Positions 26,993-36,193 of a stretch of DNA of 64,000 nucleotides are shown here, piece by piece; within the stretch, counting starts at the first letter, position 1, and each line of letters opens with the position of its first letter. This stretch comes from an uncultured Candidatus Saccharibacteria bacterium (GTDB lineage: Bacteria > Patescibacteriota > Minisyncoccia > Phycocordibacterales > WO2-35-19). Under the pieces are notes generated by a model that searched no databases, was not told the DNA's origin, and saw only the letters and a list, made by a program, of their open reading frames with translations. The translations under genes were made by a program, and so were the position numbers. The stretch is from NCBI GenBank assembly GCA_964630525.1, contig CAZVUY010000005.1, positions 1,379 to 65,378 of the forward strand, given 5' to 3'.

Positions 26993-28189
26993 TTAGGGCA
27001 AAAACTGCTTCAATACTCTCCAGGCATTTTTGAAAAAATTTTGGCTATGTTTCTTCAGACCCAAACCCTCCTCTTCGTCTGGCATATTACCAACTACACA
27101 AAGACCGTAGGCCACTGACCAGGAAGAATCTTTGATTTGGAAACGGTTGTTTTGGTTGTTCTGCTGATTGCCGGCACTGACGTTGAGCGAGGCGATCCTG
27201 GCCGGCAAACGCAAGTAGCTACGTGCCAAATCTTCGATCAGCCCTATCGAAGAAGAGCCGCCAGTGATCATGATCCCGGCCGGCAACAAACCAGACTTAC
27301 CCATTTTTTTCAGATGAACTTCGATTAGTTCAAAAATATCGCTCAATCTGGCAGAAATTATTTCTTCCAACTTCTTTTTAGAAAAACTAGTGGCCGTGAT
27401 TCCGCCCAGTTTGATACTTTCCGCTTCATCAAGCGAAACTTTGAGACCAAGAGCGATATCGTTGGTAATGTCGCTGCCACCGATCGGAAAAACTTCAAGA
27501 GAAATCGGTATTTGGTTTTCAAAAACAACGATTGAAACAGTCTCGGCGCCAATGTTAGCGAGGACGCAGCCAGCGATCCGTTGGCTTTTGGTAAGTGTGA
27601 CGAACGAAGCAGCGATCGGTGAAGCCACCACATCGATTACCTTGATTCCCGCTTCTTCCACTGCTTCTACTAGGTCATCGAGGTGGTGTTCAATACAACT
27701 AATAAAAAGCACTTTGGCTTCGATCTTTACCCCCTTCATTCCAAGGACTCGGCCCAAAACCGGCTTACCATCAACCTTCCAAGCGGTTGGAATAGAATAG
27801 ATAATTTTCCTATTTTGGATTAGGGAGGGGGGAATCGATTCTTCAGCGGCCAGCATGGCCTGCTCGATATCAGCCTCGCTGATGGTTTGGTCAGCCCGGC
27901 CAATCATAGTAGAGCCTTGAGAGTTGATTCCGGAAAGACCAATTCCACCAACAGAAATAAAAGCTTTTTTGACTTTTATACCGGCCATTTTCTCGGCCTG
28001 GGCGACAGCCAAGCGAACACTCCTTTCCACGTCGGCAATGTTGATGGTATAGCCATGGCGCAAGCCTTTGGACTCAGCTCGACCGGTGCCCAAAACAGTG
28101 GGGAGAGCATTCTCATCAGTTTGCTCGGCGATCACAACACGTACTTCATAGGTACCTATGTCTATACCGGTTGTAATACGCGAGCTCAT
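26993..28189 (-). CDS. ftsA: cell division protein FtsA
   Basis: GIDIGT, IGGSDITNDIA, LPAGIMITGG; upstream of ftsZ. Confidence 0.95.
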   Translation of the reverse strand: MSSRITTGIDIGTYEVRVVIAEQTDENALPTVLGTGRAESKGLRHGYTINIADVERSVRLAVAQAEKMAGIKVKKAFISVGGIGLSGINSQGSTMIGRADQTISEADIEQAMLAAEESIPPSLIQNRKIIYSIPTAWKVDGKPVLGRVLGMKGVKIEAKVLFISCIEHHLDDLVEAVEEAGIKVIDVVASPIAASFVTLTKSQRIAGCVLANIGAETVSIVVFENQIPISLEVFPIGGSDITNDIALGLKVSLDEAESIKLGGITATSFSKKKLEEIISARLSDIFELIEVHLKKMGKSGLLPAGIMITGGSSSIGLIEDLARSYLRLPARIASLNVSAGNQQNNQNNRFQIKDSSWSVAYGLCVVGNMPDEEEGLGLKKHSQNFFKNAWRVLKQFLP

Positions 28190-28571
28190 ATCTCTCCATT
28201 TTATCACCATGATCTAGGCCTTTCAAATGAAGGAGGGCGTGGATAACCAAGAATAATAAGTAATTTTCATAACTCATCTCAAAATTTTTTGATTTGGATT
28301 GAGCCACGTTTGGATTAATGAAAATTTCACCCAAATTTTTATCGGCAGTGAAAGAAAGTACGTCGGTCGCGTAATCTTTTTGCCGATAAACCTTGTTGAG
28401 AGTGCGCATCCTTTTTTTGCCAATAAGAGTGATCGAAAGTTCATACTGACGACCTAAAATTTCATCTTTTATCTCTTGAAAAGGGATTTTACTGAAACTT
28501 TTTGGGATCAAAAAAACGTTCTTGAGAGTGGAGTTCACAAAAACGTTCTGACCCTCTTTGATGGTTCTCAT
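28146..28571 (-). CDS. ybeY: rRNA maturation RNase YbeY
   Basis: LNKVYRQKDYATDVLSF, HALLHLKGLDH. Confidence 0.95.
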   Translation of the reverse strand: MRTIKEGQNVFVNSTLKNVFLIPKSFSKIPFQEIKDEILGRQYELSITLIGKKRMRTLNKVYRQKDYATDVLSFTADKNLGEIFINPNVAQSKSKNFEMSYENYLLFLVIHALLHLKGLDHGDKMERYELAYYNRYRHRYL

Positions 28572-28808
28572 TTACTGGATTGTACCGGGCATTTTGCCCA
28601 TTTTGATCAGTTCGTGAATCTTCTCCTTAGCGGCTAATCTCTTTAAAGTTTTCTTCTTTTTTACATATTCGGAAAGATTGCGAGCACTGTACCTTTTGCT
28701 TCTAAGACGAGACAAAATACCAGAGCCCTGGACTCTTTTGGTGAATTTTCGGATGAGACCGAGGTTGTTGTCGGTCCCGCTTTTCGTGACTTCTACGTTT
28801 GTTGCCAT
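28572..28808 (-). CDS. rpsU: 30S ribosomal protein bS21-like
   Basis: Small basic protein, LIRKFTKRVQGSGIL...KRY pattern. Confidence 0.65.
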   Translation of the reverse strand: MATNVEVTKSGTDNNLGLIRKFTKRVQGSGILSRLRSKRYSARNLSEYVKKKKTLKRLAAKEKIHELIKMGKMPGTIQ

Positions 28809-28832
28809 AGTGGAAAATATACTAACATGAGG

Positions 28833-30011
28833 TTAAGAATTGTGCAAAGCCAATTCCTTGACTCTTTGGGAAAGCTCGCCGATTGGCACCAGCTGCTGAG
28901 CCCTAGTCGTAATATCGCGGATAACTACCGAACCTTCCAGAGCTTCCTTTTGACCGATAAGCACGATATGGCTCGCACCAGAACTTTCGGCTACACTCAT
29001 CTGGCCACCAAGCTTGTCTTTATCGAGAGCGTGCACGATCGGTACTTTAGCTTTATAAAATTCCCTCAAAACCAAAAAACTCTGCAGCTTGGCTTCAGTG
29101 CCAAATTGAATCAAATAAAATTTTGGTTTGATGAGTTTGTGTTTAGTGATTTTTGGCTTTTTGATCAATTTGAAAGACAGGTTGAGCATGACCGAGGGCA
29201 GCTCTTTTTTGAAACCGATCCTTTTTGCCAATCGATTGAAACGAAAACCAGAAGCCAAAATAGTCTCCGTGTTGTCAGAGGTATCAACGATGGCAAAAAC
29301 CGTCTCCGAGCCGACATTGAGGTCAGTGAGTAGGGTATGGTCTATGCTGTAGGCTATATTCATCACTTCTAGAAATTCAAGTATTTCTTTGAAATGAAGG
29401 CGGCTGGACTCGGACAAGAAATCAAGCGGTTTTGGACAGGCATTTTGAAAATTTTTCCACTCTTCTTTGTTGTTTTGAACAATAATTAGCGGATCTTTTT
29501 TGATCGCTTGTCGTAGTTCAGCTGGGAAAGAATTGATATTTTTCCTGATATAGAGCGTCAGATTTCTTTGGAAATCAGCCAAGGATTCCTTGTCACCAAC
29601 CGAATTTAATCTAACTTCCAAATTTTTATAACCAGCCTGCTGAAGGATCGAGATCGCCGCTTGCATCGACAAACATTCACAGACTGGTCTCATCGAACCT
29701 AGACACACGATCGAACTCTCGAGATGCAAAGGTTTTTTCCGCAGGGTGGCCTCTTTTGAACCTGGGAATGGTCTGTTGCAGTAAAGCAGGGCTGGCAGGG
29801 GAATACCATTGCTCTTTTCCTCAAAAAACATCCTAATCATCGCTGCTTTTTCAGCCGCCAAATGATCTTGATCGAAATTTTTTACCGCATCCAGGTCTTG
29901 TTTTAAAACAGAAGGTGGCAGAAATGGCTTAAAGCCATAAAACCTGGCGGTATCAGCTGCTTCAGAAAATTCTCTGAGCTCTCTTTCGTTGTAACTAAGT
30001 TTGTCGGTCAT
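28833..30011 (-). CDS. degenerate histidyl-tRNA synthetase-like (HisS/HisZ-like) protein
   Basis: FYGF, LNSVGD, DFLSESSRLHF, ASGFRFNRL, C-terminal anticodon-binding domain IGQKEA; canonical LRPE, FRYERPQ and RGLDYY motifs not seen. Confidence 0.7.
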   Translation of the reverse strand: MTDKLSYNERELREFSEAADTARFYGFKPFLPPSVLKQDLDAVKNFDQDHLAAEKAAMIRMFFEEKSNGIPLPALLYCNRPFPGSKEATLRKKPLHLESSIVCLGSMRPVCECLSMQAAISILQQAGYKNLEVRLNSVGDKESLADFQRNLTLYIRKNINSFPAELRQAIKKDPLIIVQNNKEEWKNFQNACPKPLDFLSESSRLHFKEILEFLEVMNIAYSIDHTLLTDLNVGSETVFAIVDTSDNTETILASGFRFNRLAKRIGFKKELPSVMLNLSFKLIKKPKITKHKLIKPKFYLIQFGTEAKLQSFLVLREFYKAKVPIVHALDKDKLGGQMSVAESSGASHIVLIGQKEALEGSVVIRDITTRAQQLVPIGELSQRVKELALHNS

Positions 30012-30014
30012 TGA

Positions 30015-30590
30015 TTATTGTTGATCGGACTGGATACCTGGCCAAAGACCTATTTTTTCAAGTGGCAAAAGCCTTAGAATCGGCTGGCCGATAATATATT
30101 TTTTGGGTAGAGTGCCCCAAACTCTAGAATCAGAGCTATTGGCTCTGTTATCACCCATCACGAAATACTCATCGTCTCTTAATTGAATAGAAAAATCATC
30201 ACCTTTTTTGTAAACAACATAAGAGTCATCGAGCACCAAACCCTGTTCTTGTTTCTCATTGAAGATCGTTACGACACCCTTTCTGATCTCAACCCGTTCA
30301 TTTGGGAAAGCGATCAATCTTTTGATGAAAAATTTGGAAGGATCTTTAGGATATCTAATAATAACCACCGATCCTCGTTCTAGCTCCTCGAAGCGCTTGC
30401 TTAGCTGATCAACGATCAGATAATCTCCATTTTGGAAAGTCGGGTCCATTGAGGAGCCGCTCACCACATAAGGTTGGGCGATGAAAATACGAAAAGGCAC
30501 CACTATCATGAGCGCTACGGCGGCATATTTTACCAATTCCCAGAAGGAAGAAGGTTCTTTTTGGTTGTTATCTTCTGTCATTTGAGGCAT
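30015..30590 (-). CDS. lepB: signal peptidase I
   Basis: SGSSMDPT, FIKRLI, MGDNRANSSDSR. Confidence 0.96.
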   Translation of the reverse strand: MPQMTEDNNQKEPSSFWELVKYAAVALMIVVPFRIFIAQPYVVSGSSMDPTFQNGDYLIVDQLSKRFEELERGSVVIIRYPKDPSKFFIKRLIAFPNERVEIRKGVVTIFNEKQEQGLVLDDSYVVYKKGDDFSIQLRDDEYFVMGDNRANSSDSRVWGTLPKKYIIGQPILRLLPLEKIGLWPGIQSDQQ

Positions 30591-30621
30591 TATATTACAC
30601 ATAGCCTCTAATTCAAAATTT

Positions 30622-31224
30622 ATGTTTTATTTGGTAGGTTTGGGCAATCCAGGCGAAGAATACAAAGAGAGTCGGCACAACACCGGCCGGATGGCAATAC
30701 TGAAGCTGTTGAAAGATTTGAAGATAGAGGATTTAAAATTTGAAAAGAAGGCCAACGCTCTGATCAGCAAAAACGAGCTTGGTAAAGAAAAAGTTACCTT
30801 TGTTTTGCCAGAAACTTTCATGAACAAGTCTGGCAGCGCTATTTCTTATTTTATTAAACCAAAAACCGGCAAAAGCAAAGCAATTGAGAATCTAGTGGTG
30901 ATCTATGACGACATCGACCTACCTATCGGCACCATGAAAATTTCTTTCAACAAAGGCAGTGGGGGGCATAGGGGAGTAGAATCAATAATCAAAGCCATCA
31001 AAACAAGAGAATTCGCCCGCATCCGCATAGGTATTTCTCCTACAACTCTTTCGGGTAAAATTAAAAAGCCCGAAGGAGAAAAAAAGGTGTTAGATTTTAT
31101 ACTAGGCAATTTCAAACCAAAAGAAAGGGAGATTCTGAAAAAAGTTTTCAAGCAGGTTGCACAAGCAGTTGAAACCATGATCACTGAAAGCAGGGAAATC
31201 GCTATGAACCGCTTCAACCAATAG
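30622..31224 (+). CDS. pth: peptidyl-tRNA hydrolase
   Basis: VGLGNPG, RHNTG, TFMNKSG, GGHRG. Confidence 0.97.
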   Translation: MFYLVGLGNPGEEYKESRHNTGRMAILKLLKDLKIEDLKFEKKANALISKNELGKEKVTFVLPETFMNKSGSAISYFIKPKTGKSKAIENLVVIYDDIDLPIGTMKISFNKGSGGHRGVESIIKAIKTREFARIRIGISPTTLSGKIKKPEGEKKVLDFILGNFKPKEREILKKVFKQVAQAVETMITESREIAMNRFNQ

Positions 31225-31273
31225 TCGCTAACTTAATTTGACAAAAAATAGGAGTTGCCCTAGTATTTACTTT

Positions 31274-31513
31274 GGATGTGGGTCCAGGGTTGACTCGATT
31301 GGCAGTCGGGTGCTTCATGAGTTTCCCCCCTGGGAGGATCCTTCGGGATGGTCAGATAGCTGCTGCCAAGGCTGTATGACGCTTTAAACTTGGATCCACG
31401 CCCTTATGGAGAGTTGAGGAGTGGCTGTACTCTGCGGAATCGCATCGCATTGCAACGAACAGAGTACGATCATTTCTCACTCTCCGCCAAACACGCTCAC
31501 AACGTGTTTTTTT
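31274..31513 (+). ncRNA. putative structured ncRNA with two rod-like domains (6S-like candidate)
   Basis: TTGACA(31238)-17-TAGTAT(31261) promoter, long stems, cUUCGg loop, terminator 31489-31513, no ORF. Confidence 0.65.
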
Positions 31514-31565
31514 GTTATTGAAAAAGGGGAGTGAATCCCCCCTTTCCTTTTATTATTTTTGAAGA

Positions 31566-32657
31566 TTATTTCTCGATAAAAGACAGGGCCATTTTTTGCT
31601 CCTTAGGATCAAAGATATTGATCTTGAAGTTGTAGGTTTTGCCAAGTTCGAGCTTTTCGCGCAACTTCTCTTCTGAGCCAAATTCGGAGACATGCACTAG
31701 TCCAGCTACCCCTTCTTCGATCGAAGCGAGCGCACCGTGTTTGTTGAATTTGATGATCACCCCACTCACTACATCATCCTTTTTATATTTTTTCTTGGCT
31801 TCGCTCCATGGGTTTTCTTTGAGTGCTTTCATTGAGAGGGAGATCTTGCCATCTTTGACTTCGATCACCTTCACCTTCACCTTTTCGCCGACTTTGGCAA
31901 ATTTGTGTGGATCATCCACTAGACCCCAATCAATCTCTGAAATATGGACCAAGCCTTCCAAACCATCCTCGATCTTAACAAAAATACCGAAATCCACTAT
32001 TCCAGTGACTTCACCATCAAGCTCATCACCGAGTGCATAATGATCCATGATTTTCTCTTTCTCGTTGCTGCTCGGGTCTTTTTCAGAAAAGATTAACTTA
32101 CCCTCTTTGGCATTTACACCAATGATGGAAACCGAGAGTTTAGTACCAACCAACTTTCGCAATTCTTCTAGGATCTTGTCTTTGTCACCATCGGCAATTC
32201 TTGGATAATGTTCTGTCTTGAGCTGAGAGGCTGGCAAGAAGCCGGTGATGCCTTGCCAAACCATCATCAAACCTCCCTTATTAGCTTCAGTAACAGCGAG
32301 TTCAAATACCTTCTTATCTCTGATGGCCTCTTCGGCATCATTCCAGATCAAGGCCTGCTTAGCTTCTTTGAGAGAAATTTCAATATAATTCTCTTTGTTG
32401 TCACTACCTATAACCTTGCCAGTGATCTTGTCACCAACATTTATTTTCTTTATCAAATCTCTGGCGTTGATATACTCTCGCCCGAAAATCACCCCGGTAC
32501 CCCAAGGTGGCAAGTCGACAAAAACAGCATTTTTACCGATAGTAATAACAACACCCTCGACAATAGAATCTTTCGCTGGTGGCAAAACCGACTGATCGAC
32601 GAATTTGACCATCGAATGTTCTTTTTCTAATTCCTTTTCTTTAGTTTGCTTTGGCAT
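31566..32657 (-). CDS. rpsA: 30S ribosomal protein S1 (short form)
   Basis: Tandem S1 domains: GFLPASQL, FGIFV..GLVHISEI, GLVHVSE. Confidence 0.9.
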   Translation of the reverse strand: MPKQTKEKELEKEHSMVKFVDQSVLPPAKDSIVEGVVITIGKNAVFVDLPPWGTGVIFGREYINARDLIKKINVGDKITGKVIGSDNKENYIEISLKEAKQALIWNDAEEAIRDKKVFELAVTEANKGGLMMVWQGITGFLPASQLKTEHYPRIADGDKDKILEELRKLVGTKLSVSIIGVNAKEGKLIFSEKDPSSNEKEKIMDHYALGDELDGEVTGIVDFGIFVKIEDGLEGLVHISEIDWGLVDDPHKFAKVGEKVKVKVIEVKDGKISLSMKALKENPWSEAKKKYKKDDVVSGVIIKFNKHGALASIEEGVAGLVHVSEFGSEEKLREKLELGKTYNFKINIFDPKEQKMALSFIEK

Positions 32658-32814
32658 AAAAACAAAAAACCGCAAGCTTTTTCGCGTCACAGCATCGATC
32701 GGTCTTTGCGAAAGGTTAGGCTCTTGGAGCTAATAATGCTTGAAGTTTCCCTCAAGCCAGCTTATAATACTATAGAGTAGAGAAAAAGCAAATTATTCTT
32801 AACCATTTGTTTTT

Positions 32815-33495
32815 ATGAAAAATTCTTATCTGATCGCTGGTTTGGTAGTCCTTGTCGCTATCTTGGGATTAATCCTATCCAGCAAAAAAACAGAGGCTCC
32901 GCTTGAAAATACTTTGGAAAAAGAGAGTGATGTTCCTGTTTTAGCTGGCCCAATCACTGATGGTGCTTACAAACTCGACACTGAGGCGAGCATTCTTTAC
33001 TGGGAAGGAGAGTACCTGACTGGTTTGTCAGAAAAAGGTACCGTTAACCTAAAATCAGGTGAAATCACGGTCGCTCAAGGCTTGATATCTGGTGGTGAGT
33101 TTGTGATCGATATGAACACGATAGACAGTAACCCTCGCAAAGATAGGCTAGTAACACACCTCAAATCAGATGATTTTTTTGGTGTTGAGAATCACCCGAC
33201 CGCTACCTTTACTCTTAAGAGCATGGCGGCCACCAGCGAGATTGGCGCAAAAGAGGGTCGTTATGTGATAGCTGGAGACCTCACAGTCAGAGGTATTACA
33301 AAGCCAATTTCTTTTACAGCTAACCTAAAACCAGAAGGTGACACCCTTTCTGGTACCGCCTCTTTCGCCATCAACCGAGCTGATTGGGAAATAAAATATA
33401 ATTCACCGACCTTTTTCAAAGATCTCGGCGACAAAATCATTAGAGACGCAATAACGATAGGCCTTGACTTAAAAGCCGAAAGGGTGATACAATAG
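32815..33495 (+). CDS. YceI family lipid/polyisoprenoid-binding protein
   Basis: HLKSDDFF..HPTATF, GDLTVRGITKPI, INRADW. Confidence 0.92.
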   Translation: MKNSYLIAGLVVLVAILGLILSSKKTEAPLENTLEKESDVPVLAGPITDGAYKLDTEASILYWEGEYLTGLSEKGTVNLKSGEITVAQGLISGGEFVIDMNTIDSNPRKDRLVTHLKSDDFFGVENHPTATFTLKSMAATSEIGAKEGRYVIAGDLTVRGITKPISFTANLKPEGDTLSGTASFAINRADWEIKYNSPTFFKDLGDKIIRDAITIGLDLKAERVIQ

Positions 33496-33607
33496 GGAGG
33501 TAAGCGAATTTCTCTTAGTTTAGTTTGTTTTGCGAAACTCGAAGTTTAGCGAAACAATCAAGCTGGAAGCGCTTGGTCGTTTTAGTCGCTAAATAGAAAA
33601 GTACACA

Positions 33608-33886
33608 ATGAAGAAGCTTTTTGTGGGCAATTTGCCCTACAAAACCACCGATGCCGACCTTAAAGACATGTTCTCTAAGGCTGGTGACGTAGCTGAAGCT
33701 GTCATCATCATGGACCGAGAACGCGGCCTTTCTAAGGGCTTCGGTTTCGTCACCTTCAATGATGACTCTCAGGCTGACGCCGCCGTGGATATGTGGAATG
33801 GCAAGGAACTCGAAGGTAGGGCTCTCACCGTAAATGAGGCTCGCCCAAAAGAAGAGAGGCCTAGCCGAGACAATTACAGACGATAA
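33608..33886 (+). CDS. RRM (RNP-1) RNA-binding protein
   Basis: LFVGNL (RNP2), SKGFGFV (RNP1), VNEARP. Confidence 0.96.
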   Translation: MKKLFVGNLPYKTTDADLKDMFSKAGDVAEAVIIMDRERGLSKGFGFVTFNDDSQADAAVDMWNGKELEGRALTVNEARPKEERPSRDNYRR

Positions 33887-33949
33887 TATCTTCTGAAATT
33901 ATTCACAAAAGACCACCCATTTGGGTGGTCTTTTGTTATAATTGGGATA

Positions 33950-34399
33950 ATGAGATTTTTACTTTTTATTTTAATAATAGTTCTTATATTCGCTCTATTG
34001 ATTCGCGGCAACGCTTTCGAAGATAAAGAAGGAGTAAGTACCCTAACCATTGGCCCCACCACGATTCAGGTAGAGGTGGCCGATATCGATGAGGAGCGTA
34101 CGCTTGGGTTATCCGGCAGGGAATCTCTAGCAGAAAATACTGGTCTTTTGTTTGTTTTTGAAACGGAAGGGTATCATGGCATCTGGATGAAAGATATGAA
34201 TTTCCCGATCGATATCGCTTGGTTGGATAAAAACAAAAAGATCATCCACATCGAACACAATGTTGCGCCAGACACTTATCCGAAAGTTTTCAATCCGCCC
34301 ACCCCTTCTTTGTATGTCCTCGAAACCAACGCTGGGGTTTTTAATTCTCATCAAATCAACCTCGGTACAGAAATTGAATTTGAGATTGACAATTTATAA
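33950..34399 (+). CDS. DUF192 family protein
   Basis: GLSGR, GLLFVF, WMKDMNFPIDI, YVLE. Confidence 0.92.
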   Translation: MRFLLFILIIVLIFALLIRGNAFEDKEGVSTLTIGPTTIQVEVADIDEERTLGLSGRESLAENTGLLFVFETEGYHGIWMKDMNFPIDIAWLDKNKKIIHIEHNVAPDTYPKVFNPPTPSLYVLETNAGVFNSHQINLGTEIEFEIDNL

Positions 34400-34430
34400 A
34401 ACTTATGTAGTTTTAGGAGCAGGAGGTACT

Positions 34431-35864
34431 TTGTTAAACAAAAACGAAGAAAAGATCTACGTCTTGGCAGGGATAGTTTTCCTGCTGTTGGCGTGTAACG
34501 TGATCCGGACGGTGCCGGATACAATCGAAGACGTTTCGACTTACCCAGACATGGATTACTCGGCCATCATAGCCGAGTATAAAGCTCTCCACGTTGAGGT
34601 CCAAAAACCTCTTGCAAGTGGAGACGCCTATTACGACTTCCATGAACGGCTTGGTCGCCTCGAAAAAGGCATCAAGAAGTATCACCGGAGTAACCCGCGT
34701 ATCATGGATCCGAGAATCCGAGATGCGGGAGTCTTGGGTTCAGAGCTTAGCAATATCCGTGAGGATCATATCAAGCGTGGTGGAGGAATTGATTGGAACG
34801 AAATCCAGCAAGCACTCAAAAGGTTTGATCAGAAACCAAAGGACCCAATCCGATTTGAAGATAATAGCGCCAAGGTTCATAAATTTTTAGAAGCGCTTCT
34901 CTTCTTCCAATTCGGATTTACCCCTTTTATCCTTTTGGTCTACGCGATCAGGGTCAAAAACATGGGGGGTTCTGTGCTATTTGAAGCATTGAGTAATCCG
35001 TGGTTCCCAATCTACCTGTTCGTGTGGGAGATTGGGATCTTCAAGTACAATGCGACCGGCTTGCGGACTCAAATCCGCATGATGGTACGCTACGCTTCGC
35101 TAACTCTTTCGGCCGTTCTTTCCTTTGGAGCGACAACGCTCAAAGCACAAACCAAAAATGAGAAAGACGATACAGGTGGAAACAACGGTCACACCCTCAT
35201 CATCTCCGGCTCGACTCACTATTTGAGCAAGTACTTGGGACTGGATGGAGCAATTTTTCACCCAGAATCGGTACTCCAATCTTCGACCACCATCGCTCAC
35301 AAGAGCGGTCTTTACGGTAATTTTTGGAAATCGGTAGCTCTCACCGATATTCGAATCAACCCAAACTTTGGCCGAGAAGAAGACTACACTCTCGGCTACA
35401 ATCGAAAACTTTTTGGAAGGGGATTTGACACCAGTATCACCTGGTTCAATGTAACCCCGCTAAGAAAGTTGCCGAGGGGAGACTTGATCCAAATTTCGCT
35501 GATGATCTCTGATCTGACAGCGAAGTTGCCGGTTTCCACCTATCTATGGGTGCGTACCGTCGAACCCATCAAGGATGGCAAACCACTAGGTGGTTGGTTT
35601 GCGCACTTCGGAGTAAATAAGGGCGTGAAGCTCAACAGGAAGATTGAGCTGGCCCTAAACGCGGAGGCAGTGAGAGACAGTGGAGCTTTCGGCTTCAAGA
35701 AGGCTGGCATCTTCCGCTCCTCGGTCACTCTTCGAGTGCCATGGAAAAAAGTTGTATTTGATCTACCGACTTTTCGGATGAGTAGCCAATTTACCCATCC
35801 AGGAGACGGTCGAAAATTTGAGCAAGTACTCGGTGTAGGTATGACATTTTCGATTGCGCGATAG
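34431..35864 (+). CDS. hypothetical membrane protein with C-terminal beta-barrel-like domain
   Basis: AGGAGG RBS before TTG 34431; TM segments, then amphipathic strands SKYLG..LQSS..SGLYGNFW..EEDYTLGY..GVGMTF. Confidence 0.65.
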   Translation: MLNKNEEKIYVLAGIVFLLLACNVIRTVPDTIEDVSTYPDMDYSAIIAEYKALHVEVQKPLASGDAYYDFHERLGRLEKGIKKYHRSNPRIMDPRIRDAGVLGSELSNIREDHIKRGGGIDWNEIQQALKRFDQKPKDPIRFEDNSAKVHKFLEALLFFQFGFTPFILLVYAIRVKNMGGSVLFEALSNPWFPIYLFVWEIGIFKYNATGLRTQIRMMVRYASLTLSAVLSFGATTLKAQTKNEKDDTGGNNGHTLIISGSTHYLSKYLGLDGAIFHPESVLQSSTTIAHKSGLYGNFWKSVALTDIRINPNFGREEDYTLGYNRKLFGRGFDTSITWFNVTPLRKLPRGDLIQISLMISDLTAKLPVSTYLWVRTVEPIKDGKPLGGWFAHFGVNKGVKLNRKIELALNAEAVRDSGAFGFKKAGIFRSSVTLRVPWKKVVFDLPTFRMSSQFTHPGDGRKFEQVLGVGMTFSIAR

Positions 35865-36082
35865 TGTCGCGCAACGCGGGGCGAGGTTGCAAGATCTCGC
35901 CCTGTTTTTATTAAATGAAAACTCTTTTCCACCTCATTTTGATTTGTAAATCTTATTTTTGAAAAAAATATTTTGATAAAAATAAATTCTTTTTTAGTAT
36001 TTCAAACAAAAGGTTATTAGACCATGCGTTTTACATAAAAGTTTTTTTATTTTGAAGTAGATTTTTTGGTCTACTTTTTTGA

Positions 36083-36091
36083 TTATCCACA
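36083..36091 (+). promoter_or_regulatory. perfect DnaA box upstream of nrdJ
   Basis: TTATCCACA within an AT-rich region of about 290 bp. Confidence 0.5.
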
Positions 36092-36193
36092 GGGCACCGC
36101 TTTGTTAAAAATTGTAAAATATTGAGGTTGATTTGAAAAAAATCTCAAAAATTTAGCAAAAAATTATAAAAATAATTAATTTTATTTAAAAAT

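Noticed and set aside
35900-36190. Replication origin
   Set aside because: AT-rich but only one perfect DnaA box and no dnaA/dnaN nearby; more likely the nrdJ promoter region
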